Shown here: positions 1-17,633 of the stretch, one piece after another
Position numbering within the stretch: position 1 is the first letter of the stretch
How the letters are laid out: the number at the start of each line of letters is the position of its first letter
From: Escherichia phage vB_EcoM_ESCO49
Direction: 5' to 3' (one strand)
DNA length: 64,000 nucleotides
Sequence record: OM386663.1
Made by a program: the position numbers and the translations under genes
Notes under the pieces: model-generated
The model's database searches: none
The model's input: only the letters and a program-made list of their open reading frames with translations
What the model was told of the DNA's origin: nothing

Positions 1-61
1 AAGATGGTGAGAATACCCATAAAGAATATTAACACCATCTTAACAATCAGTCAACAAGGGA

Positions 62-2413
62 TTAAGCAGTTCTTACCCAAGCCATCAGCTTATAGAACTG
101 GTTAGTAACACTAAATGCTGAACCAGAACCTGTACCGCCAGTGTTACCGCTTACTGTATGGGTGTGAGCACCAATACCAACACTGTGAGCATGGTTACCA
201 TTTGATGCAGCAGTACCAGAGATTGTGTGGGTGTGAGCACCAGCAGAATCAGTGTAACCCGGTCCTGTACCGATTTTACCACCACCACCACCAGAATAGT
301 GTGTAGAGTTCTGACCAATCCATGAGATAGCGTGGTTGTGGTTACCAGCAGATGCAGCAGAACCACTTACAGTGTGGGTGTGAGCACCAGTCGTGTTAGT
401 GTTTTTTGTTCCGTAGTCAAACGATGAGGTAGTCGCAGAGAAACTATGAGTGTGTGAAGGTAAGTTTCCAACTGCTAACGTAACAGAATCTGAACCACCT
501 GTTGTAGCAACATCTGAACCGTTTGCTGCTGCAATTCTGATAGTTCTACCAACACCGTTGTTCAGATACGTCCAAGTTAGACCAGGCAGTGCTGTATTAG
601 GGTCAACATTACTGTTAAACCACGTTACAATACCTACTGGATAGATTTTGTTAAGGTCTGTAGAGTCACTTACTGCCTGTGCAATTTTCTGGTCAGTTTC
701 TGCTTTAGTGTATGCACCAAGCTCTGAAGGTGTTGGCTTCTGTGCTTCTGTGTAAATCTTAGACCACTTAGCTTCAAAGCCTTTACTATCTACAGATGTT
801 CTGTACCACATCCCACCGTTCTTATACTGGAACTTTAATTGCGCACAGGCAGTAGAAGAGTTAACCCCCTGATACATTTGAAACACAAGTGCTGTGTAAT
901 CAGCATTTGTTGAGGTTACATTATATAAGCCTGTTTTAGCGTTCCATGCCACACCATCTGCATTCTGCTCTGTAGCTTCTCCTGTAGAACCTGCAACCAT
1001 GAATCTCTGATTAGCTGCTGCCTGAGTGAAGTATCTAGCATCTAAGTTAGACCAATCAGATGGTTGAACTTGACCAGTAATTCTAACAGTTTTATTCAGC
1101 AAGAAATCATCTTGCATATAAATCGTAGTTAAAGTTCTGTCGTTGTGGATAATAAGCCTTGTTGGGTTGTCTCTTTCCCCGCTACCAATGTACCATCTTC
1201 TCGCATTATCAGCATTATGACCAGCAATGTATAGCTCATTATCTTGTGTGGTGTTCTTTAGCCGTAACAGTGAGCCATTCTGGTTGATAACTTGCGCAGA
1301 CCTGAAAGTGTTTACATCGCTTAGCTTAGCAAGATTGCTCAAAGTAGCTGCTGGAATGTATCTAGAGTCAATGTTAGCCCAATCGGAAGGTTGTACTTGA
1401 CCATCAATTTGAACTGTTTTGCTCATGGTAATGGTGTTACCTAGTGAGACTTGTGTTTTTGTTAGATAGTTATAGATTTTTAAAATGTTCTCATCGCCGT
1501 CATTACCAATGTACCACTTATAATCCCCATCTGACTTTCTTGCTCGGATATATAAAGAGGGGGCAGTGTCCACATTTTGCAGAGTGATGGCTTCAGCATT
1601 CTTCTTAGCAACAAAATTAGTGAAAGTATTAGTGCCAATAAAAGTGTTATTCGCAGCTAACTGCGCAAACCTCTGATTAGCAACTGTCTGAGTAAAGTAT
1701 CTAGCATCTAAGTTAGAGAAGTCCGAAGGTTGAACTTGACCAGTGATTTGAATTGATTTATTCACAGAGATTAGGTTAGCTAAAATCGCTACGTATGCAC
1801 CAGATTTAACGTTTTTTAAAACAAGGTTGTCTGTGTCTCTATTATCATTACCTAGATACCATCTGTTAGTGCCATCTGCATCTTGACCACGAATATAGAG
1901 TGGCATCCCTTGTGTGATATTCTTAAAAATAAGGGCTTCATTGTCAGAGAGAATAGCTTGAGTACCGCTAAAGGTGTTATTTGCAGCTAATCTTGAGTAC
2001 CTTGCATCATTCTCTTCATTAGTTCTCATCCCAAGTTCATTAGGGCTTGGCTTATTAAGAGTATGATAAACAGTTGCAGCCCTTGAAGCATCTGCAATAG
2101 TTAGTCTAAGGCCGTTTGCGTTAATTTTAAAAGTCTTTAAAACATCCCCCATAGTAATCTCAGAAGAGCCTGTAGGGTCAAAGACTGCCTTACCACCATA
2201 AAGTAACTTAACAATCCCTAAGTCACCCGTCATAGTGCTACCAGCAATCTGAACAAATCTTTCTAGTTTAAAAGATGCTAAGAAGTCTTGATAGGTCATT
2301 CGACGGTCTTCATCACCCAGCATCTCAGGTCTCTTTTTAACCCTGACATGAAGAAGGTCGTCTGAACGAATTGTATCGATTGAGTTTAATCCACTCAACT
2401 TGTAATCTGCCAT
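62..2413 (-). CDS. tail fibre protein (long)
   Basis: 783 aa; three copies of an ITGQVQPSD[WF]SNLDARYF-type motif; C-terminal Gly/His-rich HxH repeats (GAHTHT, GNHNHA); last gene of the tail module. Confidence 0.7.
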   Translation of the reverse strand: MADYKLSGLNSIDTIRSDDLLHVRVKKRPEMLGDEDRRMTYQDFLASFKLERFVQIAGSTMTGDLGIVKLLYGGKAVFDPTGSSEITMGDVLKTFKINANGLRLTIADASRAATVYHTLNKPSPNELGMRTNEENDARYSRLAANNTFSGTQAILSDNEALIFKNITQGMPLYIRGQDADGTNRWYLGNDNRDTDNLVLKNVKSGAYVAILANLISVNKSIQITGQVQPSDFSNLDARYFTQTVANQRFAQLAANNTFIGTNTFTNFVAKKNAEAITLQNVDTAPSLYIRARKSDGDYKWYIGNDGDENILKIYNYLTKTQVSLGNTITMSKTVQIDGQVQPSDWANIDSRYIPAATLSNLAKLSDVNTFRSAQVINQNGSLLRLKNTTQDNELYIAGHNADNARRWYIGSGERDNPTRLIIHNDRTLTTIYMQDDFLLNKTVRITGQVQPSDWSNLDARYFTQAAANQRFMVAGSTGEATEQNADGVAWNAKTGLYNVTSTNADYTALVFQMYQGVNSSTACAQLKFQYKNGGMWYRTSVDSKGFEAKWSKIYTEAQKPTPSELGAYTKAETDQKIAQAVSDSTDLNKIYPVGIVTWFNSNVDPNTALPGLTWTYLNNGVGRTIRIAAANGSDVATTGGSDSVTLAVGNLPSHTHSFSATTSSFDYGTKNTNTTGAHTHTVSGSAASAGNHNHAISWIGQNSTHYSGGGGGKIGTGPGYTDSAGAHTHTISGTAASNGNHAHSVGIGAHTHTVSGNTGGTGSGSAFSVTNQFYKLMAWVRTA

Positions 2414-2425
2414 TATAAATTTTCC

Positions 2426-2451
2426 TCTTAAAAGGGGCTATACAGCCCCTG
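2426..2451 (-). terminator. hairpin AGGGGCT-n4-AGCCCCT followed by U-run on minus-strand RNA, between the two fibre genes
   Basis: 7 bp perfect stem at 2433-2450 with A-run 2427-2433 on plus strand. Confidence 0.5.
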
Positions 2452-2459
2452 TAAAGAAA

Positions 2460-3608
2460 TTAAGCTGTTCTCTGCCATACATACAATACGAAGGACGGCT
2501 GTTCAACGCTAAATGCTTGACCAGAACCAGTTGTGCCAGTTGTGCCAGAGTGCGAATGCTCACCTGCTCCGGTTACTGTTACTGTTGCTGAGTGGTTGTG
2601 GGAACCAATTGCAACAGAATGGCTGTGAGCACCAATCTCAACTGTGTGATTATGCGCACCAATTGCTACAGAGTGAGTGTGGTTGTTAGCTGTTGTCAGC
2701 GTAGCTCTTGGGTCATAGCTTGCCCCCTCAACTGATAAACCTCTCCAACCACCATCAGCATAACCACGATTAATGAATGTTGTTTGTGTTAAACCCGCAG
2801 CACTGGTTGTTCTGTTACCATAGTCATAGGTAGATACAGTCTTTGTTCCATAGTCAAACGTTGTAGTCCCTTTAGTACCGTAGTCAAAAGCATTGATAGA
2901 GACCGTTGCACCGTGTGTGTGACCACCACCAGTGACGTATACTGAGTGAGTATGTGCAGGAATGTTGTTAACTGTCAGTGCAGTAGTCTGCGAACCAAAC
3001 GTTGAACCAACTGGCCTAGAATCACTATCATAACCTACAAGTGCTCTTCCTCTTGAAACTAACTCCCAAGTACCTCCACAAATTAAATATGTAGAAGGGT
3101 TTGCAGGATTCATAGAGAGATGGATAGTACCTACTGGATAAGAAGCCTGAACAGCCTTGTACAAGTTATTTACTGCTCTTGCTGTAGCATACTTATCTGC
3201 ATCCTCATTATAAAGGTTAGATGTCACCCAGTTCTGAACATTACTTAACCCAACCTGTGCCTTAGTGGTGTTGTGTGGGTTACTCTTATCATCAATATGC
3301 TGTTGAATAAGATTATTAACCTCTTCTGAAGACATAATCTGTAGATTTGCTCTTGCCTCAGCTACACTAACAATGTCTGATAAGTTATTTTCAGCAACTA
3401 ACTGGAGAGCATTAATAACGTTATCTAAACCAATTTGTGTCTTAGTAACACCATGAGGGTTATTTCTTAGGCTTGAGTGTGGAGCAAGTAATTGCTCAAG
3501 AGTACACCTCTTATCCTCGATACCCTGTTTAAGATGGAAGATATCACTAAGGTCAATTGGTAAGGCTGCTTGAGGCAAGGCACTAATTTGAATTTCACCT
3601 ACTGCCAT
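2460..3608 (-). CDS. tail fibre protein (short)
   Basis: 382 aa; NPH..TK.Q.GL.NV phage fibre repeat motif twice; FDYGTK repeats; C-terminal HxH repeats (GAHNHTVEIGAHSHSVAIGSHNH); C-terminus similar to the long fibre. Confidence 0.7.
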   Translation of the reverse strand: MAVGEIQISALPQAALPIDLSDIFHLKQGIEDKRCTLEQLLAPHSSLRNNPHGVTKTQIGLDNVINALQLVAENNLSDIVSVAEARANLQIMSSEEVNNLIQQHIDDKSNPHNTTKAQVGLSNVQNWVTSNLYNEDADKYATARAVNNLYKAVQASYPVGTIHLSMNPANPSTYLICGGTWELVSRGRALVGYDSDSRPVGSTFGSQTTALTVNNIPAHTHSVYVTGGGHTHGATVSINAFDYGTKGTTTFDYGTKTVSTYDYGNRTTSAAGLTQTTFINRGYADGGWRGLSVEGASYDPRATLTTANNHTHSVAIGAHNHTVEIGAHSHSVAIGSHNHSATVTVTGAGEHSHSGTTGTTGSGQAFSVEQPSFVLYVWQRTA

Positions 3609-3610
3609 TA

Positions 3611-11641
<8,031 letters not shown>

Positions 11642-11642
<1 letters not shown>

Positions 11643-11881
11643 TACATTTTTCCTGCTCTTCTAAGTTCGTTGTAAGCAATTTCCTCTTTATACGACCTCT
11701 GAATCTCAAGAAATTGTCTCAATGATAATAAATCAGAGAATGTCATAGCAAAGAGTTGGTCAAGTGTTTCTTTACACCCTTCCATACCATAAATAGCAAG
11801 CACAAATTTCATCTCGTCTGCTTCTTCATAGGTTGCCTCTACAGCAGCATCAGTTAGTGGTGTCTGTAGAGTGTTACCCAT
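11642..11881 (-). CDS. tail assembly chaperone, frameshift-extension segment (GT-like)
   Basis: 79 aa ORF in the -1 frame relative to upstream chaperone; open frame continuous from slippery site at 11920-11926. Confidence 0.5.
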
Positions 11882-11883
11882 GT

Positions 11884-12282
11884 TTACTGAGAAGTTAGGC
11901 TTTTGAAAATGCTTGCTTCGAAAAAACTTCCGAAGTTTGCCTCCAGCGCAAATGCTAAGTAATCAATGAACTCACCATAGTTTGCTTGGAAGTACGTATC
12001 AATATTAAGTGGGAAGTCATCAACAGTTGCCCCTTGAAATAACAGGGTAGTCATTTCTTCAAGGTTAATTTCTTCAATTCTGTCAAAACAAGCTTCAACA
12101 AGCTCTTTAAATGGAACCGTCGGAGCTTCTTTCTTACCCTTGTCAGTCAGACTTGATAGCATCTGTGCAAAGGTTGGAACAACAACTTTACCCAACTTCA
12201 TAGACATCTTAATACCATCTCTTGCTCCAAGCAGAACGATATTTACTTTCTTACCATTAATTACTCTAGATTCTGTTTTCAT
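11884..12282 (-). CDS. tail assembly chaperone (G-like)
   Basis: 132 aa; canonical X_XXY_YYZ heptamer T_TTT_TTC in frame 12 codons before stop; precedes tape measure. Confidence 0.5.
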   Translation of the reverse strand: MKTESRVINGKKVNIVLLGARDGIKMSMKLGKVVVPTFAQMLSSLTDKGKKEAPTVPFKELVEACFDRIEEINLEEMTTLLFQGATVDDFPLNIDTYFQANYGEFIDYLAFALEANFGSFFEASIFKSLTSQ

Positions 12283-12310
12283 TGTGATTCCTTAATACTT
12301 TTAAAAGAAA

Positions 12311-12343
12311 CAAAAAAGGGGAAGACCTTTTAAAGTCTCCCCC
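12311..12343 (-). terminator. rho-independent terminator
   Basis: GGGGAAGAC/GTCTCCCCC hairpin followed by U6 on minus RNA, after tube gene. Confidence 0.6.
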
Positions 12344-12355
12344 TTATAGGATTTA

Positions 12356-12802
12356 TTAAACACTTGACGCTGGAATTGTAGAAGTGTAGTCTAGCTTCTC
12401 ACAACCAAAAATCCAAGTTTTAGAGTTCTGGTCACGACCAAGTTCAATCTGTGGTAACTCCTGCAACCAAGCGTTAATACCAGTTGCCAGAACAGAGCCT
12501 GATGGGTCGTAGATTACGAAGTTAGAAGAGATTTCTTCTTCAAGTTCCATATTGTCTTGTTTAGCTTGAATTGCAGAAAGCATCTGGTTAGAGAGAGAAG
12601 TCTGCATTAACTCAATCTCAATAGTACCTGTCTTGTCTGCATTTCTTGTCAGAGCAACCTGACCACCTGCACCAACAACTGGTGTCACAAGTGGTGATGT
12701 TCTCTGTAGACGCAAGAATGAGTCTGGAGCAAAGCCTTCAATGGCAATACCATTCCAGCTACATACAACGTCTTTAGGGGAATATTGCTGATACATAGCC
12801 AT
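12356..12802 (-). CDS. putative tail tube protein
   Basis: 148 aa; between sheath-sized gene and chaperones. Confidence 0.5.
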   Translation of the reverse strand: MAMYQQYSPKDVVCSWNGIAIEGFAPDSFLRLQRTSPLVTPVVGAGGQVALTRNADKTGTIEIELMQTSLSNQMLSAIQAKQDNMELEEEISSNFVIYDPSGSVLATGINAWLQELPQIELGRDQNSKTWIFGCEKLDYTSTIPASSV

Positions 12803-12817
12803 TCCAATTTACCTCTA

Positions 12818-14170
12818 TTATTCGTAAGCCACTGTACCTTTCAAGTCAACATCCAAGATAGCCCCTGCTAAGATACCTGCGAAGGTAACGTCTTTCAGGA
12901 TACGTGCTTTCTTGTCTGCTAAAGCAACTTGAGAGGCTTTAGGAACATTAACTGTGTAAGATGACAGGAAGTTTCTGTTGACTGCTCTTTGCAGAGAGGT
13001 TTCAATGACTTGACGAATACGGGTAATACCAGTATCATCATAAGTAATCTTACCACCCTTCTGGTTAATTAGCAAGTCTCTCAGAGAAGTTTTCAGGTCT
13101 GATTCTAACCAGTCAACACCACGGATGATATCAATCCATTCCCCACCAGAAGTAATCCCTCTACGAACCACTGGAACACTACCATCAAGGTCAATAAAGT
13201 TACAGTGACGTGCATCTAAAGCAGACTTCTGAATACTTGTCAGAGGTCTCTGATTAGATGGTTGTAGAGAAGCTGCTACACCAGTTAGCTGAGCATTACC
13301 CCAAGCGATTGAACCTGCATCATATGGAGCACCATAAGCAATGTATGCCATTTCTGGGTAATCTTCTGCTGCTTCGTGATGCCACAAGCAAACTGTACGA
13401 GTGTACATATTCTTAGCAAGCTGTGCTGGAACATCATTTGCACTGGCTAATTCTGTCCCTTGCAGTGCTGCTACATCAGAGTTAGCTGTAAAGAAGATTT
13501 TCTTGCGAGCCTGAATCTCAGAAGCCATTGCTAAGACAAACTGTTGAGTTCTGTCTTCTGCTGCAATGAAATACCAGTCGGTAGAGTAAGCTTCAATAGC
13601 TGCCAGAGCAGTTGATGCTGTATCGGCAGTTGTACTTGCAATATATACAGTCTGTGCTGTGGTTGTTACTTTCACAAAGTCATTATCACCAGCTTTAGTA
13701 ATAATCATTGTGGCAGAACCACCACTACCAGTTACATTCACAGAAACCTTATCGTTGATTGTTGGGTCAGCTTCAATCTGTGTTTTAAACTGTTGCAAAA
13801 CTACATCAGCAGTATCTGAATCTTGTGCTGTATACTGGAATGGTTGAGAGATGCCACCACCAACAGCTACAGTAATTGAGTAGTCTGTACTTTCAGTAAC
13901 TTCATCATGAATTGATACAGTGTACTGCATAGTACGTCTACCAATATAAAGCTGAGTCACTTTAGGAGTCTGACTCCAAAGTTGTTTAGCAGCCTTATAT
14001 GCAGCAGTATTCTCATCGAAATCTTCAGCAACTTCAGTTAAGGAAGTGTAGCCACGAACTCTTTCTTCAAAGTTATCTGTTGAAGCTAAGAATAGTGGCA
14101 AACCAAAACCTTCTCTTGTAGTTCCTGCGGTGTTCAATGTAATATCTACATTAACAATTGGATTCCACAT
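12818..14170 (-). CDS. putative tail sheath protein
   Basis: 450 aa; sheath-tube-chaperone-TMP order typical of contractile tails. Confidence 0.5.
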   Translation of the reverse strand: MWNPIVNVDITLNTAGTTREGFGLPLFLASTDNFEERVRGYTSLTEVAEDFDENTAAYKAAKQLWSQTPKVTQLYIGRRTMQYTVSIHDEVTESTDYSITVAVGGGISQPFQYTAQDSDTADVVLQQFKTQIEADPTINDKVSVNVTGSGGSATMIITKAGDNDFVKVTTTAQTVYIASTTADTASTALAAIEAYSTDWYFIAAEDRTQQFVLAMASEIQARKKIFFTANSDVAALQGTELASANDVPAQLAKNMYTRTVCLWHHEAAEDYPEMAYIAYGAPYDAGSIAWGNAQLTGVAASLQPSNQRPLTSIQKSALDARHCNFIDLDGSVPVVRRGITSGGEWIDIIRGVDWLESDLKTSLRDLLINQKGGKITYDDTGITRIRQVIETSLQRAVNRNFLSSYTVNVPKASQVALADKKARILKDVTFAGILAGAILDVDLKGTVAYE

Positions 14171-14770
14171 TTATTTTACCCCTTTGGAGTCTACATCTAG
14201 ATGGATAGTATATTCTGGTGGCTCTTGTCCTTCTTCATAAACCAACTCACCATCAACAATGACATGTTCGATAATACTTCCACGTTCATCCTTCAGGACT
14301 GAGTTTTTTACAAGAGTTACAACAAGAGGTGCAGAATTTTCGAAATCTGTATTGAGATAAGTATAGTCATTCGGGATAGCTCCAGTGTCTAATACTGTAG
14401 CTCCTGTTTCTTCAAGGATTAAATCTCTGACTGAACTCATCTCTAATCGTTGTTTAAGCTCAAGCATAATACTGTGAGCACCTTTACCATTTACCGTAAT
14501 CAATACAGGAATCTGAAAAGCAATTCTGTAGCAAACTACATCATCCTCAACAAACTTATCAAGAACCCAACCATAAGGTGTTGCAGCATCTTGACAATAT
14601 ACGGTGATAAATGGCTGGTCAGGTTTTAAACCTTTGTCATTTGAGTTATCAGAAGGGTAAGCTCTAATTACGTTTGGTCTATTATTTTTATCACGAGCTA
14701 GTCTGTGACCAATAACATCCACTAAGGTTCTAACTAGACCTTTTTCAAGTTCTGCTGTTTCTAACTGCAT
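14171..14770 (-). CDS. hypothetical head-tail joining protein
   Basis: 199 aa; between capsid and sheath genes. Confidence 0.3.
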   Translation of the reverse strand: MQLETAELEKGLVRTLVDVIGHRLARDKNNRPNVIRAYPSDNSNDKGLKPDQPFITVYCQDAATPYGWVLDKFVEDDVVCYRIAFQIPVLITVNGKGAHSIMLELKQRLEMSSVRDLILEETGATVLDTGAIPNDYTYLNTDFENSAPLVVTLVKNSVLKDERGSIIEHVIVDGELVYEEGQEPPEYTIHLDVDSKGVK

Positions 14771-15146
14771 TCATTTTATCCCTTCTAATAATGATATATT
14801 CATAATGGGATGTATGGGCTAATTGCTGTGACCAATCCATAGTCATAAATACTTCATACTCATGACCATCAATCATAACAATGTCAGACTCGTTCCACTC
14901 TACATCATCTGAAGTTCTAAGTTTATATGTAGTATACAGGATTCTTGTATCGGTAAGCCTAATACCTTCCGGTAAAGCAATCTGTGTACCATTCTTTACA
15001 GAGCCTTTGATATATGGCTGGATATTACCTTTACAGTTAACCTCTACAATATCTTGTGAAGCTACCCAATCACCATCATCATTGTAATAACCATCTTCAG
15101 AGACTTTACGCTTTACTACAAAGCTGTGTCTGTTTAAGAGTCTCAT
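14745..15146 (-). CDS. hypothetical head-tail joining protein
   Basis: 133 aa; tightly packed with neighbours. Confidence 0.3.
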   Translation of the reverse strand: MRLLNRHSFVVKRKVSEDGYYNDDGDWVASQDIVEVNCKGNIQPYIKGSVKNGTQIALPEGIRLTDTRILYTTYKLRTSDDVEWNESDIVMIDGHEYEVFMTMDWSQQLAHTSHYEYIIIRRDKMNAVRNSRT

Positions 15147-15625
15147 TTCTTAATACCCTTCTTAGTAGAAATTTTATAAGCAAGGTTATCTCTTAAGTCA
15201 CCTGTCTCAACAAGAGGCGCATTAAAGCCTTTTTTCTTGACTGTGGAAGGTGCGTTAGGAGGGAGGATAGCAGAATTACCAAAACCCCTTTTAATTGCCT
15301 TTTGAGCATTCTTTGCAAATGCTTCTAAGGTATTTGAAGGGTCTGTGTTGAGACTGCTAAGTTGCTTATATAGATTCTTCTTAGTCTGCTCTAACAAGGT
15401 CTGTTTGTTTAGCATCATAGTGATTTCAAACAACCTACGATATACTTTACCAGAAGCTGAAGGAACCCCAATAACTTCTTGTAAATACATTAAAGCAGGA
15501 TAAGAAAAACCAGAGCTATGTTGACCTTGTTCTTGAAAATACCCAACTTGAGCATTAGCCGTTTGCAAGTTCTTCATAGCCCCGACTAATTTTGCTCTAG
15601 CGGGGTGAATAACCCTTTTAACCAT
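15143..15625 (-). CDS. hypothetical head completion protein
   Basis: 160 aa. Confidence 0.3.
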   Translation of the reverse strand: MVKRVIHPARAKLVGAMKNLQTANAQVGYFQEQGQHSSGFSYPALMYLQEVIGVPSASGKVYRRLFEITMMLNKQTLLEQTKKNLYKQLSSLNTDPSNTLEAFAKNAQKAIKRGFGNSAILPPNAPSTVKKKGFNAPLVETGDLRDNLAYKISTKKGIKK

Positions 15626-16074
15626 TATTCATCTCGCTCGATAATAAATACGCCATTAACACGGTTGCAGTAATCTCTGCCTTCGTATCTGGCAGCATCA
15701 CCATATTCTGTGTATTTCTTGACAGAGCAAGGATTATGACGACGCATGTCAATATCACACTGATTAATACCACCTGCATAGGGTAGTCCTGAAACAGAGC
15801 TTTTAACAAGGTCGTCATAAACAGCTTTCAGAGATTTGAATCTGGAAGAGTTACGTAAATAAACACCACCAACCTTCTCATCTCCCATCTTGGCTACTTG
15901 AAAGAGTAAATATTTAAGAGCTTTGATGGCTGCTTTCTTTTCATCCTTTCCAGACTCTAGATAGAACCACTCTAGCACAGACTGCTCGATAAGAATTTCA
16001 TCATTATTAGTGTCTGTGCAGAGGATTCTTACTCTATCAAGAGGGTTATTGGCTGGGTCGCCTGTATAACACAT
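15625..16074 (-). CDS. hypothetical head completion or connector protein
   Basis: 149 aa; directly downstream of capsid gene. Confidence 0.3.
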   Translation of the reverse strand: MCYTGDPANNPLDRVRILCTDTNNDEILIEQSVLEWFYLESGKDEKKAAIKALKYLLFQVAKMGDEKVGGVYLRNSSRFKSLKAVYDDLVKSSVSGLPYAGGINQCDIDMRRHNPCSVKKYTEYGDAARYEGRDYCNRVNGVFIIERDE

Positions 16075-16095
16075 TCATAACCCTCCTTAAGAATA

Positions 16096-17211
16096 TTATG
16101 CGTCTTCAGTGTCTTCAGCATCAGCGCGAACATCAATCAGCAACTGAGGACGAGTACAGTATGGCAGCATGTAAGAGTGAGCTTCGAAGTCGATACCTTC
16201 GTCACGGTCTTTTTCGTATTCGAATACGTACAGTTCCTGACCAAGTGTATTTGCGTAACCCATCTTAGGACATGGACCATATGCAACTTCGAAGATGTTG
16301 TTAGCTTCACCAAGCATAGATACGTTAGGGAAAGCATGACCAACACCAACAGTTGATGCTACACCATCAATGCTCACCAGAGTGTGAACATTACCACGCT
16401 TGTCTTTGAACTTACCGTTGTACTGGACAAACTTAACACCACCATAGTAGAAGGTGTTCATATGAGCCTGAACGCCGTCAGTACCACCAGTTCTCAGAGA
16501 ACCAGTAATCTGTTGCCAAGCCAGTGGGGTCTGCTGTGCAAGATAAGCGTCACGAATCTTAGGATGCTTAGTCAGTTTGCTGAAGAATACACGGTCAACA
16601 ACTACATGAATTTCTTCACCGTTGATTACAGTACCAGTCTTAGCTTCGTCTTCCATGTGCATACGCAGTTCTTCAATAGATGCGTCGATGTCAGCATTAG
16701 GGTTGTCAAGGTCGAAGTAAATAGTCTTCTTCTGAACGTCGAACTGCTGGTACAGGTCAGCATACAGTGTACCACGAGCATCAACAACTTTACCCTTCAG
16801 AGCTTGCATAAACAGGAACTCACGAGTAATATCGAACTTGGTACGAATCTTCATCAGCTTCTTAGCACGGACTACAGCTTCAGTAGTCAGTTCGTTTGCA
16901 GTGCCTGGCTGACGTACACCCTGAATCTCATCAGGAGTGATGCTTTCAACTTCCTTGAAATACATCATTGGGAAGCTGATTTGACGAACACGCTCAGGTG
17001 CGCTAGTCTCTGCTTTACGGCTATCACGGTCTACCGCATCAAGCAAGCTAACATCCCAATCAGTCAAGTCCATAAGGAAAGTAGTTTGGGTGATTGGTGC
17101 TGAACGGAACAGACCTAAGTTGGAAATATACCCATAAGTATTTGGGATAGACTGGACTTCACCAGTCAGGTCAGCAAGGAAAAATCTGCTTTTTTCAGAA
17201 TTAGTCAACAT
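16096..17211 (-). CDS. major capsid protein (lambda gpE-like size and position)
   Basis: 371 aa; follows protease/scaffold and small decoration-like gene; RBS GGAG upstream. Confidence 0.6.
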   Translation of the reverse strand: MLTNSEKSRFFLADLTGEVQSIPNTYGYISNLGLFRSAPITQTTFLMDLTDWDVSLLDAVDRDSRKAETSAPERVRQISFPMMYFKEVESITPDEIQGVRQPGTANELTTEAVVRAKKLMKIRTKFDITREFLFMQALKGKVVDARGTLYADLYQQFDVQKKTIYFDLDNPNADIDASIEELRMHMEDEAKTGTVINGEEIHVVVDRVFFSKLTKHPKIRDAYLAQQTPLAWQQITGSLRTGGTDGVQAHMNTFYYGGVKFVQYNGKFKDKRGNVHTLVSIDGVASTVGVGHAFPNVSMLGEANNIFEVAYGPCPKMGYANTLGQELYVFEYEKDRDEGIDFEAHSYMLPYCTRPQLLIDVRADAEDTEDA

Positions 17212-17244
17212 TGTAAAATTCTCCAGAATGTCTTATTATTGTTA

Positions 17245-17622
17245 TTACAGGCCAGTTGGTACGAAAGTAATACCTTTAGCAGCTAGAGCTGCCTTGACTG
17301 AGGCAGCGTTAACACCTGTTCCAAGAGTAAGCGTGTCTTTTAGTTCTGCATCACGGTAGATACCTACCACTTTCAACTGACCATGATAAGACAGTTGCAG
17401 GTCTGCATAAAAGTTAACGATACATACTGAATCAGCCTGAGCTTCTTGCCCTGCTGCAACCTTAGTACCGTCTGCTTTCAGAACTTCACCTACACGGTAA
17501 TCTGTTGAAGCAACCGGAGTGTACTCTTTACGAGAGTGTCCTGTTGGGGTAATCTGTTCCCAAAGAATGATATCATTCAGAGGTTCTCTGTTACCTAACT
17601 TAGTAAAACCTTGATATGCCAT
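17245..17622 (-). CDS. putative head decoration protein
   Basis: 125 aa between protease and capsid genes (lambda D position). Confidence 0.35.
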   Translation of the reverse strand: MAYQGFTKLGNREPLNDIILWEQITPTGHSRKEYTPVASTDYRVGEVLKADGTKVAAGQEAQADSVCIVNFYADLQLSYHGQLKVVGIYRDAELKDTLTLGTGVNAASVKAALAAKGITFVPTGL

Positions 17623-17633
17623 TATTGTGTTCC

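Noticed and set aside
15618-15818. 66 aa ORF overlapping two connector genes
   Set aside because: Nested within 15143-15625 and 15625-16074 in another frame with no independent start signal.
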